The notes: generated from the sequence alone by a model not told the origin. A stretch of DNA of 53,161 nucleotides from Octopus bimaculoides (GCF_001194135.2 NC_068984.1:72749689-72802849); one strand, 5' to 3'; shown: positions 12,976-25,308, counted from the first letter of the stretch. Made by a program: numbers and translations.

Positions 12976-13137
12976 ATTTGCAAGGATTTCCTCTTTGAGA
13001 AGTTTCTACACAATCTCTACGTACGTGTAAGAAGTCATACCGATCACCCACAATCATGAATGAGAGATTTTCACAGGCAAACATCATGATTTCTGAAACG
13101 TACTTTGCTTTAGCGTCACTCGTAACATAAACGGCCA
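12976..13137. repeat. Dispersed duplicate of 16236-16412
   Basis: Shared atttgcaaggattt...ttctacaca...acgtgtaag...cacaatc.tgaatg.gaga...cacagg.aaac.tcatgat.tctgaaa...ataaacggcca. Confidence 0.8.
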
Positions 13138-13150
13138 TATAATATATATA

Positions 13151-13319
13151 GATGCAGGAGTGGCTATGTAGCAACGAGCTTGCTTACCAACCACATGATT
13201 CTGGGTTCAGTCTCAATTTGTGGCATTTTTGGACAAGTGTCTTCTACTATAGAAAGCCTTGTGAGTGGATTTGGTAGATAGAAACTGAAAGAAGTCTGTT
13301 GTATATATATATGTATGTG

Positions 13320-13369
<50 letters not shown>

Positions 13370-13604
13370 GTATGTGTGGGTGTATATGCTTGTGTGTCTG
13401 TATTTGTCCCCCACCACCAAACATCACTTGACAACCGATGCTGCTGTGTTTACGTCCCCGTAAACTAGCTGTTCGGCAAAAGACCGATAGAATAAGTACT
13501 AGGCTTTCAAAGAATAAGTCCTGCATGAGGTCGATTTGCCTGAGTAAAAGTGGTGGTCCCGCATGCCCACAGTCAAATGGCTGAAACAAACAAAAAAAAA
13601 GAAT
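13151..13604 (+). mobile_element. SINE family B, full length, with internal (TA)/(CA)/(TG) microsatellite
   Basis: gcaggagtggctatgt...gggttcagtc...caagtgtcttctactatag, then the microsatellite, then gatagaataagtactagg...ctgaaacaa tail; at least 7 related copies. Confidence 0.9.
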
Positions 13605-13777
13605 ATATATANNNNNNNNNNNNNNNNNNNNNNNNNNNNNNNNNNNNNNNNNNNNNNNNNNNNNNNNNNNNNNNNNNNNNNNNNNNNNNNNNNNNNNNNN
13701 NNNNNNNNNNNNNNNNNNNNNNNNNNNNNNNNNNNNNNNNNNNNNNNNNNNNNNNNNNTATATATATATATATATAT

Positions 13778-14303
13778 TAATGATTTGTAGGTATGTAGTG
13801 TTTCGTTAGGCAACTATATGCTATAAAGTATATTAAATATTTCTATAAGTCATTATCACCTTCTACTGCGTTAGCAGTGCCTTTTTGCATTATTTTGTTA
13901 AGGTTATTTCTACAGATGTTCTACAGAAATTATAAATACTAATGATTTGTAGTTACTTTATAGTTTATTATGGTTGCATAACGAAATATCACTTACCTAC
14001 AAATCATTAGTATTTACGAACCAAGCTCCAGGAATACGTTTAATATGAAACTTGGTATATCCAATAACTTAACACCACTGTATACGGTGGCTATATAGGC
14101 AATGTGTTAGGAGGCGAGAATGGGTTAGATGAGTGCTAATGAAGGGGTAAAACCCGACGAAATATGGCGTATACACTCATTAACCTATTTTTGTCTTCGA
14201 TCTCATGGTTTGTTCACATTTGACGTCTCGATGCGAAACAATGTAACAAAAATCAATGCTGGCTATAATTTCTATGGAATATCTGTAGAAGTAACCTTAA
14301 CGA

Positions 14304-14309
<6 letters not shown>
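13778..14309. repeat. Block of interleaved inverted repeats (MITE-like)
   Basis: IR pairs at 13778-13817/13970-14009, 13933-13952/13997-14016 (perfect 20 bp) and 13889-13934/14264-14309. Confidence 0.8.
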
Positions 14310-14338
<29 letters not shown>

Positions 14339-15300
14339 NNNNNNNNNNNNNNNNNNNNNNNNNNNNNNNNNNNNNNNNNNNNNNNNNNNNNNNNNNNNNN
14401 NNNNNNNNNNNNNNNNNNNNNNNNNNNNNNNNNNNNNNNNNNNNNNNNNNNNNNNNNNNNNNNNNNNNNNNNNNNNNNNNNNNNNNNNNNNNNNNNNNNN
14501 NNNNNNNNNNNNNNNNNNNNNNNNNNNNNNNNNNNNNNNNNNNNNNNNNNNNNNNNNNNNNNNNNNNNNNNNNNNNNNNNNNNNNNNNNNNNNNNNNNNN
14601 NNNNNNNNNNNNNNNNNNNNNNNNNNNNNNNNNNNNNNNNNNNNNNNNNNNNNNNNNNNNNNNNNNNNNNNNNNNNNNNNNNNNNNNNNNNNNNNNNNNN
14701 NNNNNNNNNNNNNNNNNNNNNNNNNNNNNNNNNNNNNNNNNNNNNNNNNNNNNNNNNNNNNNNNNNNNNNNNNNNNNNNNNNNNNNNNNNNNNNNNNNNN
14801 NNNNNNNNNNNNNNNNNNNNNNNNNNNNNNNNNNNNNNNNNNNNNNNNNNNNNNNNNNNNNNNNNNNNNNNNNNNNNNNNNNNNNNNNNNNNNNNNNNNN
14901 NNNNNNNNNNNNNNNNNNNNNNNNNNNNNNNNNNNNNNNNNNNNNNNNNNNNNNNNNNNNNNNNNNNNNNNNNNNNNNNNNNNNNNNNNNNNNNNNNNNN
15001 NNNNNNNNNNNNNNNNNNNNNNNNNNNNNNNNNNNNNNNNNNNNNNNNNNNNNNNNNNNNNNNNNNNNNNNNNNNNNNNNNNNNNNNNNNNNNNNNNNNN
15101 NNNNNNNNNNNNNNNNNNNNNNNNNNNNNNNNNNNNNNNNNNNNNNNNNNNNNNNNNNNNNNNNNNNNNNNNNNNNNNNNNNNNNNNNNNNNNNNNNNNN
15201 NNNNNNNNNNNNNNNNNNNNNNNNNNNNNNNNNNNNNNNNNNNNNNNNNNNNNNNNNNNNNNNNNNNNNNNNNNNNNNNNNNNNNNNNNNNNNNNNNNNN

Positions 15301-15334
<34 letters not shown>

Positions 15335-15699
15335 TGTAAGTGTACGCTCGAATATATAAAAGCATACATACTTACGTAGGTACATACATGGGTTTGTGTG
15401 TATTTGTGCATGCTTCTGCAAATATCACTATGTATGTATATATATATATATGTAGTATGTAGTATATATATATATATGTAGATAATTTCACACACATGCA
15501 TGCGCGCACGCACACGCACGCGCACACATACGTTAGACATATATATACATATAACTTATTGAATTTGATACAAAATTACATCTACATCGAGGATGCATGT
15601 AATCTTGATTTTTCCCTACCTTTTAACTTCACCTCCTGCACATAAGCGTACATACATATGTGTGGGATTGTGTGTGTGTGTGTGTGTGCGTTTAGAATG

Positions 15700-16010
15700 G
15701 TTAAATCCAATCTTGTTAATGCAAGAATCCATATCAGTAATCTTCATTGTATTATTGTATCATCCAGAATTAGATAAGTTTCAAATCAGCTATACTTTCC
15801 CTGAAGCAGATTTCGAAGATTATAAATTTTATGCTTTTTTTATTGTTAATTTGCTGTTCCTTTTGTGTTTGTTTTTCGTTGATAAATGCAATTTTTGGTT
15901 TCATAAATTACTCCATATTTCACATGAAGCAAATTTAAACAGCTTGTGTGGTCTTTTAGACATTTTAGACATGAAGTTTCGGTGCGTCGAATTTTAACTG
16001 CACAAAGTTT
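15700..16010 (-). pseudogene. Possible very decayed GIY-YIG (Penelope-like) endonuclease relic
   Basis: Frameshifted pieces SCLKC / V*KTTQ / KFIIFEIC..FWMIQ loosely resemble the CxxC-YVGKT..FW pattern; many stops. Confidence 0.25.
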
Positions 16011-16235
16011 AGTGTCTAGTATTTTCTGTGAATATTACATAAAAAGTTATGCGTGGCGAAATGGCCAAGATTGAACCACCTTAGACGAATATCCTGGCTG
16101 TATTTTCACGACTGTTCGTATGTTTTAATCTAACAAAAACCCTATGGATGCTATAAACAACCAGCTGGAATTTGTCCAAGTTAACAACGGTACATCTGAA
16201 TAATCCTGATACTATTCTGGCAATTAAAACTGAAG

Positions 16236-16412
16236 ATTTGCAAGGATTTTTCACCTCTCCTCTGTGGGAAGATTCTACACATTCTCCTCTGCATACGTGT
16301 AAGGTGTCCTTCCAGTCACTCACAATCCTGAATGTGAGACATTTCCACAGGAAAACGTCATGATATCTGAAAACATCTTTTGTTTTAGTTTCAGTCGGAG
16401 CATAAACGGCCA
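16236..16412. repeat. Dispersed duplicate of 12976-13137
   Basis: See the partner copy; roughly 70% identity by eye. Confidence 0.8.
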
Positions 16413-16544
16413 CTAGTTTAAAAGTAGTAAGAAATTTGCTGCTGCTGCTCAGGTGTCACTACTTCCACGCTGACTGGAGATTACGTGCATTCATACTACC
16501 TGTGTGTTATTGAGTGAATAATATTTTCTTTCTTTGTTTCTGTT

Positions 16545-16688
16545 TTGAAAAACATTCCACCGAGGTTGACTTAACATTTCGTCCTTTCTAGATCGATAAA
16601 ATAAGTACCAGTTGTGTACTGTGGTCGATGTAATCGACTATTCCCTCTCCCAAATTTCAGGTCTTGTGCCTATAGTAGAAAGGATTAT
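16545..16688 (+). mobile_element. SINE family A, 5'-truncated
   Basis: ccgaggttgact...gataaaataagtaccagtt...aaatttcaggtcttgtgcctatagtagaaaggatt. Confidence 0.8.
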
Positions 16689-17214
16689 TTTCTTTTGGAG
16701 AGTATTTCACCGTGAACTCTTTCGTGGTTAGTTGTATTGTAGCAGTCTTGGCTTTTTCGCAGGCAGTCCAGCCTATTATATTGACGAATGCACTTTTCTA
16801 TCTTCATTGACAAGTACTATTCATTTTCATGGGAGTTTTCATTGAAAAATACTAAGGTTGTTTCTCGTTTGTCTAACGACATATATTGCTTTATATAAGA
16901 ACCTTATGTTCTTGTTTAAATATAGATATGTTCATCACAAATACTTTGGCATTCAGAACGTAAAGAACCGCTGTAACGCTTCCACTTATTCACTGTCGCG
17001 GACAACTTTTAAAATTTATCGATGAATGTTATGGTGATAAACTACGTAGATCACAACCAGTGCTTGCTGTCATAAGACATGGGCAAATTGGGCAGTTGCT
17101 CAGGGAGCTCACAGATCTAGGGGCTCGATAACGTGTGAATGTAGCCCTCGGCAGACTATGGCAGAAAAACAGATATGCTCATAGCTGGAAGGCGTTTGAT
17201 CACAAATCTTAAAT

Positions 17215-17243
17215 ACTGCTGCTGCTGCTGCTGCTACCACCAT

Positions 17244-17314
<71 letters not shown>

Positions 17315-17625
17315 TATTCTATTTTTTATCTTCCGAATAAAATAAATTGTCTGCAATTTCAGAACAAGGGAAAACAGAAAGAAAACATACGCAATTACAT
17401 ATATGCGTACATGCAAGCGCGCGCGCTCACACACACATACACACACACACAGAGACACACACAAGAATAGACAAGGATAGACACACAAATACATACATAT
17501 GTATATACATATACACAACATGCACATTTGTACACACACGCACGCACACACACACCCCCACACACACATACACACACCCCCACACACATACACACACACA
17601 TATATACATGTGTGTGTGTGTGCCT
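17215..17625. repeat. (GCT)n(ACT)n and (CA)-rich microsatellites
   Basis: Direct observation. Confidence 0.9.
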
Positions 17626-18089
17626 CAGTGTGAGAAATAGAGAAGAAAAGCAAACAACGAGTCGAACATATTAAATTATTGTGTTTTAAAATTAATATCT
17701 CTATAATTAAGAAATATTAAATTAACATCTTTCCAAATTGTTTTTAATCAGAGAGACAAATAGTTATTTATTGGTATGTTGTTTCTTTTGTCTTTGCCAT
17801 TTTTTTTTTGTTTTTAACAATTTTATTTGCATATTTTATTTCCTCAGCAGCATCCTTTTATTGTTTTTCTTTCTTCTCATCATTTTTCTGATTTCTCTTT
17901 CTTATATTTCTTGTTCTTACTTTACTTACTTTCGTTTTCCTTATATTTTTCTTGTATGTCTTGTTACTGTTATGCTTTCCTTTTTATTACTGTGTACTTC
18001 CTTCCCCTCCTCCCCTCCTGCCCTCCCTCCCCTTCCTCCTCTTCCCTCTCCTTCTCCTTTTTATTCTTGATTATTTTCTTGCGGTCGGA

Positions 18090-18106
18090 CTAGTACAACA
18101 ACAGCA

Positions 18107-18155
<49 letters not shown>

Positions 18156-18171
18156 CTGCTTCTGCTGCTGT

Positions 18172-18244
<73 letters not shown>

Positions 18245-18270
18245 ACTACTACTATTACTACTACTATCAC
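18090..18270. repeat. (CTA)n/(CTG)n compound microsatellite
   Basis: Direct observation. Confidence 0.9.
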
Positions 18271-18670
18271 TTTCTTTAACTTTTTCTTTATTTTCCAATC
18301 GGATTCTTTTCTTTTTGTCATGATGACAATGATGATGACGATGATGATGATGAGCATGCTCATCATTACTGCAAAAACCGTCGCCGTTGGTGTCAACCTC
18401 ATCATCTTCATTATTAACATTTTCGTTACCGACTTCTTCATTTTCTTTGCCTCGTCGTCCTTCACTTAATTCTCTGTCTCCTCATCTCCTTATCGATTGT
18501 ATATTTGCAATATTCCGTCTGTATCCATGGTATGTCTGTATTTATGTTTTGTACTCACATTAAGTTTAAATTAAGTTATAAACTCTTATATTGTCACAGC
18601 GTTTGAAACTTCGTAATTTATTGTTCATTTTATCTAACGTAAGTTTTTATTGGTTGATCATAGAATTAAA

Positions 18671-19027
18671 ATTTCATGACGTCACAGACCATTACTCAGT
18701 TATGCTCTGCTCACTGGTGTAATTGCACACACGCACACACCTCTCTCGCTCTCCCATACTCGCAAAGCGTGTTCAATTCCAACCAGAATATTATTTTATT
18801 ATTAAATATTATTTAAAATTAGCTATATGACAGACTTCACTGCGTATGAGTAACATTTTATTATTCTTTTGTTGTTTTATAAATAAACAAATATATTCTT
18901 TTATTTTGTTAGCTTTTTATTATTATAGTTATTTCGATATATTCACAAATTCTAAGAAAACGACAGACGGTATGAATTACAATTTCGTGACGTCATAGAC
19001 TATTACTCAGTGAAGTTCTGTTTACTG

Positions 19028-19075
<48 letters not shown>

Positions 19076-19165
19076 TCATACGTATCTATCTATACATATA
19101 TATGTGTATATATATATATGTATATGTATACAAGTGTATATATATATGTATATGTATACATGTGC

Positions 19166-19216
<51 letters not shown>

Positions 19217-19375
19217 GTGCGTATTTTTCTTCCAAAATATTATTTTATTATTAAATATTAGTCAAAATTAACTGTATGATAGAATTTGCAGCCTAAAAAT
19301 ACATTTTTTGTTATTATTCTTTTGCAGTTTGAAAAATAAAACATATTTTATTTTATTTGCATTAAGTTTTCCTTT
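18671..19375 (+). repeat. Diverged tandem duplication (~310-bp period), each unit with an internal microsatellite
   Basis: atttc(a/g)tgacgtca(c/t)agac(c/t)attactcagt at 18671 and 18982; aatattattttattattaaatatta occurs downstream of the microsatellite in both units. Confidence 0.8.
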
Positions 19376-20307
19376 TTGAAATAGTTTACTGTATCTACGA
19401 ACTTTAAACACTGTCTAGAATAATGTAATGTTTATAAATGATATTGTTATAACGATGTCTGCTAGTTGGATAATGTTTTCTAAACGATATTGTTAGACCT
19501 GTGTCTGGTAGTTTTGTAATGTTTTATAAAAAACATATTGCTATAATCTTTTCTGGTGGATGAGTTATTTTATGAAAGATACTTTTATGACTATCTCGTA
19601 TCAAGAAATGTTTTTGCTGGTTATTATTATATAAATATTTGTGAGAATATATCGATTGTAAAGAGGACCGCTTCTTGCTGATTGCTAGTAAAGGTTGTCA
19701 TCCTTAGTTTTCCAATCATTCTGATAGCTTATCTGTGGAAAATGACCTACTTGGTATAGCTTACTAATATATGCAATAGAAAAACTGTATGTTTAATCAA
19801 CGTTTCAGGCCTTTGAACATTGAATTAGGCGAGTCGATAGAGACATTTGAGAGTCGGAGAGAATACGTTGCGGTATCTCTCTCAGCATTCTGCTATCTGA
19901 GTTCCAATACTCTCTGTCCGTTTCTCGGTTTTTCTTTAAAAAAAAAAAAGTTGTGGTTAGACTTCAAGCGAGATGTGCTCTGCCAGATTTTAATGCCCAA
20001 GATACTCTGTATGTTACAACCGAACCTCTTCAAGTCTATCAGGAATTGTGAATCCAACACCTGCGTTAATTTCCATTCTGAGTAAATAAGATGAATGAAT
20101 ATGAGAATATGACTTGGTAAACTGAATAGAGATTTTGAACAATCACTTGAGGTATTAATATTTCATATTTAGCCACTGATGGTTCGCATCAAGGTAAACT
20201 TATCTTGTCTAGGGTGGCTGTATTTTAATGATTTGTCAGCTCGCATGACATTTTCGGAGTCTCTGTAATTGGCGAGGGAGGGGAAAGAAGACACCACAGC
20301 TTACGAG

Positions 20308-20378
20308 TCATTGTAATTTGTATCAAAGTGATGCCTCGGCATGACCACAGTCTAATGACTGAAACGAATAGAAGATAC
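20308..20378 (+). mobile_element. SINE family B tail fragment
   Basis: gcatgaccacagtctaatgactgaaacgaatagaagata. Confidence 0.6.
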
Positions 20379-20592
20379 AGTTATTCTCAGACCCGTGATG
20401 TAGACCGAAATCTTGTAAGTAAACTTCGCTAGAAGCGCTCATCTATTATAATTCTGGTTTGTGTTTTGCTGTTGCTATTTAACATAATATCACCCCTGAT
20501 CTATCAGGCCTATGATGTCAGCTGTAATATCATAACGTCTTTGTCCTACGTACAGGGAAACCCAATTTTTGATGTGTCATTTTATTAAACGG

Positions 20593-20766
20593 TACTCTTT
20601 TACTCTTTTACTTGCTTCAGTCATTTGATTATGGCCATGCTGGAGCACCGCCTTTAGTCGAAGAAATTAACCCCAGGACTTATTCTTTGTAAGCTAGGTT
20701 ACGGGGACGTAAATACACCAGCATCTGTTGTCAAGTGATGTTGGGGGGACAAACACAGACACACAA

Positions 20767-20799
<33 letters not shown>

Positions 20800-20960
20800 C
20801 GACGGGCTTCTTTCAGTTTCTGTCTACCAAATCCATTCACACGGCTTTGGTCGGCCCGAGGCTATAGTAGAAGACACTTGCCCAAGATGCCTCGCAGTGG
20901 GACTGATCCCAGAACCATGCGGTTGGTAAGCAATCTACTTACCACACAGCCACTCCTGCA
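20593..20960 (-). mobile_element. SINE family B, with an internal deletion of about 50 bp
   Basis: Head (ttaccacacagccactcctgc on the plus strand), internal microsatellite and tail (tactcttttactcttttacttg) are all present. Confidence 0.9.
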
Positions 20961-21994
20961 GCTAGGCTATAATTTAGTGAAATTTTGATGCTGTTTCATG
21001 ATGAATTAGAAATTCCATCGTAGGCTAGTGTCTTAATATTTTGCAGCTGTCACTAATACTAATGGGTTGTTGTTCCTGCTTTTGAGTATTTTATTTTGCC
21101 ACAAGTCAACCCTCTTCATGCAAACTAGTTGCAATTATCTCATTTTATTTACAGACATAATGTACCTAGAACACATTATCTGTTATATTCTATTCTTTTT
21201 AAGGTTCTACGATGTGATTTTGATGAGAATTTCTTAACTATTTCTTCTAAAGAAGTGACCCCATAGACTCTCCATCGTTGATTCGAAAACAATATATTGA
21301 TTTTATACTGAGCAGGTTCTCCGAACATAGGATAATGTGTACAATTTAAGTTGTATAACGTACCGATGTAAGCGGGAGAAATTTAGTATACCTTACCGAT
21401 TGTTAAATTGAAGCATTGATTTCAGTTCCTGTTTGGTAAGCCAATGAAGCAGCGAGTACATTGTCATTTAACTGCGTTGATTTGATCAAAAATTACTGCC
21501 AGATCTTTCATAAAATGTGCTTATGCATTAAATACTGTAATTTTACAAATTCATAGAATTTTCTGAAACTTTACGATTGATTCGTCCGATTTTATAAGCG
21601 CGTAACCGTTTACAATATGTTCGTCTTACCTAATGAATAAGATCTAGATGCCGAGAAAATAACAGGATGGTCATGGCTGTAACGCACTTAGTGCTAGAAG
21701 TTCTGAATCAGATTTGATCGAGGAACACACGATGTGATCAATTACTTGAACAACTTTATTAACAACAACAGCAAAAGCAAACAACTGAATGAGAAAAGCC
21801 ATTCGTATACACAAAGTGGAACAAAATTTTATTAAATTATGTTACTCTGTTAGAAATATACGGCAAACATATCAGTCATTTAATTGGATGAACAGACAAC
21901 CCAACAGGTTGTATGCATCACATATTAACCTAAATTGTAGCAATATGAAAATCAAAACAATGCAATTAAATATTCTATAGATTAAGGAATGTGT

Positions 21995-23192
21995 ATAAAC
22001 TGTGGCGTGGGACTCTTTTTCAGTTTGAAAACAAGGTTTTGTGGTTGCAACTTATATCCCCAATAGGCTAATATTCAGCAAACCTGTAAACGAAGGAATT
22101 CTGGATGTGATCACCTTAGACTATACAATGGGAAACGAAAATAATGAATGGTGTTCCACAAATAACTATCTTAGGGTCACTGCTATTCATAGTGGCCCTC
22201 TCAGACATGCTCTCGGTTGCTCAGATAGCCACCCTTGCTATCTATGCAGATGATGCAAAAGTCACTTAGAGGACTTTTTTATTGCGCATCAGCAACAAGA
22301 TTTGAATGCAAGGTAAAGGATGATAACATGCAGTTTAATGCTGAAAACTTTCAAGCCCTGCGCTACCAGCACACAAAGCTGAATGAAATGCTGCCAAGAT
22401 ACACAGGCCTAAGAGGGATTGCACTCCCTGTGCCAAAATCAGTTCGCGACCTGGACACTGACATGAATAATGATGCATCTTTCCTCGTGAATATAACCAA
22501 GTTAGCAATAAAATGCAGACGCCTGACCGAATGGATCCTTGTAACTTTCAGAACGAGAGAACAGGAAATCATGATGGTTCTCTAGAGGACATATTCCCTC
22601 AGCCGCTTAAACTACTGTTTTCATCTACGGTCACCACACATTGTAAAATTAACGGTGAAACTTGAAGCAGTCCAGTGAAGCTGTGCAAGAAAGATCGTCA
22701 CATTGCAATATGTCAGCAACTGGGAAGGCTAAAAGAGTTAAGATTCTACTCCCTAGAGTGAAGGTAGGAAAGATAAGCAGTGATATGTATATGGAAAATC
22801 TTGGAAGGATTTGCACTAAACTTTATCATTGAAAGTTACGCAAACAGCAGAACAGGGTGCCACTGAATGGCGCCAAAGATCCCAATAATACCATTAAGAT
22901 ATAGGACCAGATACTGCAACATACTGGGTTTCAAGGGACCACAGCTCTTCAATATACTCTCCCAAACCGTGACAGACCTGCATGAGGTGGATGTAGGTGT
23001 TTTCAAACAAAAATGGATCTCCCCCTGTGAAAGATTCCGGACAAGCCTATTTCACGGAAGAAAGCACAGATGCGTCTAGCTGCATCATCCACCCCGTTCA
23101 CCAGATGTTACATATCAGAGGTGGTTGGTAGCAAAGCTAACGGCGTTGTCCCAGCATGGTCGCAGTTCTCCAGATGAAACTAATAAAAGAGT
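21995..23192 (+). mobile_element. CR1/L2-type LINE, 5'-truncated: RT C-terminal half plus 3' UTR, pseudogenised
   Basis: GVPQITILGSLLF (22150 onward), YADD (22243-22254), MQFNAENFQ, SVRDL, RLKELRFYSLE and QLFNIL; multiple stops and frameshifts. Confidence 0.9.
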
Positions 23193-23529
23193 CTACAGAT
23201 TGTGTTTTACATATTTTAAAGATGGCTGAGTGCGATATAATTGACACGAGTCACTCTTTCTTGTATATCTAGAGACTGCTAAGGGGCCTTCTTTGGCAGC
23301 AGTCCCATTTTTGTTATATTCAAGTTTCAACGTAGAAGTTTCTCGGACCAACGAAGACTCCTTAATTTGGGAAAATGAAGTCATAAGAATACAAAGAAAC
23401 TAAATCAATGACTGGGGTGTTTTTAACCATGGTATCAAGGCTATATTGTGTTAATAATAACTATGACGAGAGTTTCATCAATAACAAGAGCACAAAAAAA
23501 AAAATAATAATAATAATAATAATAATAAC

Positions 23530-23745
23530 AGTTTCTAATTTGGGGTCAAAACCAGAAACTTTGAGGTGATGGAACCAGTCGATACCATCGACTCAAATAC
23601 TTGACTGATACTAACTTGTGCCAATCTCAAAGATAAAAGGCAAAATTGACATTGGCAGGATTTGACCTCAGAAAGTAAAGAACCGAAAGGAATACCTCAA
23701 AAAATTTTCTGCGACACTCTAAGGATTCTACTAGGTCACCGCGTT
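23530..23745 (-). mobile_element. SINE family A, degenerate
   Basis: gataaaaggcaaaattgacattggcaggatttgacctcagaa, with an (AAT)n tail to its left. Confidence 0.65.
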
Positions 23746-23751
23746 AATGAT

Positions 23752-23968
23752 GATAATCCTTTCTACTAAAGGCACAAGGCGTGAAATTTAGGAGGAGGGG
23801 GGGCAGTCGATTAGATCAACCCCAGTACACAAATAGCACTTAATTTATCGACCCCGAAAGGATGAAAGGAAAATCGACCCCAGCAGAATGTGAACTCAGA
23901 ACGTAGGGTGGGACGAAATACTGCTAAGCATTTCGTCCGGCGCGCTATCGATTCTTCCAGCTAACCGT
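23752..23968 (-). mobile_element. SINE family A copy, in tandem with the previous one
   Basis: atcgaccccgaaaggatgaaagg...gaactcagaacg...gcatttcgtccggcgcgcta. Confidence 0.85.
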
Positions 23969-24328
23969 AATAATAGTATAGTAGCAGCAACAACAGCACA
24001 GGGCACTAACAACAATAAATCTCAAGCAATAAAGTTTCTTCAGAAAATGGTACATTTCGAACGCTGTCGAACAGTGAGAACAGATGCAAATAATTCTAAT
24101 TCAGTAAAATATTATAAAGCAACAAGTTTAAAGAATTTTCTGTATCTCTGTCATTCTATATAGATATATCAATAATGTGTGCATATGTTTGTCTGTAAAC
24201 ATCTATGTAGATGTGTGTGAGTGTGTGCTTGCGTACATATATGTATATTTACTTACAAATAAATATATATATACATATTCGTATATAGACGAGTATTTAT
24301 GTAAATAAATACATATGAATATAAATAC

Positions 24329-25241
24329 ATGCTTTCGGTACGAATGTTTTTTTTATACTGTGCGAAATTTACAATCCTGTAAATAATAATAAAAGTATTT
24401 TTTATATAATCGTAAAGCTATCACCGTGCAATGACCAAGGAAAATTGTCTAATAAAGGGGCATATAAGGCCTTGACAGAAAAAGAAGGCTTTCCTATCCC
24501 CGTGGGAGTCGAACCCACATCCATTTGTTAACGCGAGTAAGTGTGCTACTTTTACAGCAGCGCATCAGCCTACCCATTTCTGTCAAATTTAAGAACTATA
24601 ATAGTTCATGTTTGTTTTTATGTAAACAAACTTTCTATATGCTTCCTGTAAATAATAATAATAATGGTATTTATTCGCTTATGGCGATCACTGTGCAATG
24701 ACTAAGGCGCCGTATAAAAAGATATTCGCACCGAAAGCATAAAGAAAGTCTGTTTACATAAAAACAATCACGAACTATTATAGTTCTTAAATTTGACGGA
24801 AATAGAAAGGCTAATTCGACAGTGTAAAGGTAACGCACGTAGTCGCCTTATCAACGGGATGTGGGTTCGACTCCCACGCGGAGAGGAGAGCCTTCTTTTT
24901 TTCCGTCGAGGGCTTATATGCCCCGTTATTAGACTATTTTCCTTAGTCATTGCACGGTGATCGCTTTAAGCTTACATAAAAATACCATTGTTATTATTTA
25001 TAGGATTGTAAATTTGGCGCCGTATAAAATGACCATTCACACCGAAAGCATATATAAAGTTGGTTCACGTAAAAACAAACACGAACTCATATAGCTCTTA
25101 AATTTAACAGAAATGGACAGGCTGACTCACTGTTGTAAATGTAGCACACTTAGTCGCGTTAAAAAAGGGGTGTGGGTTCAACTCCCACGCAGATAGGTAA
25201 GCCTTCTTTTATTCTGTAGAGGCCTTATATGCCTCTTTAAT

Positions 25242-25245
<4 letters not shown>
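24329..25245. repeat. 310-bp tandem repeat with a tRNA-like cassette, arranged as divergent arms (quasi-palindrome centred near 24706)
   Basis: Plus units start with ggcgccgtataaaa at 24706 and 25016; the minus arm is 24707-24329; T-arm GTGGG-TTCRACT-CCCAC at about 24502-24518 (minus), 24861-24877 and 25172-25188. Confidence 0.9.

Positions 25246-25308
<63 letters not shown>

Noticed and set aside
17060-17135. hAT-like terminal motif gggcaaattgggcagttgc
   Set aside because: No partner TIR or TSD was found.
15593-18323. Hydrophobic membrane-protein-like ORFs
   Set aside because: Explained by T-rich low-complexity composition.
24490-25200. Functional tRNA genes in the 310-bp repeat and in the 5.9-kb MITE
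   Set aside because: Only the T-arm folds consistently; the acceptor and anticodon stems do not, and no anticodon can be assigned.
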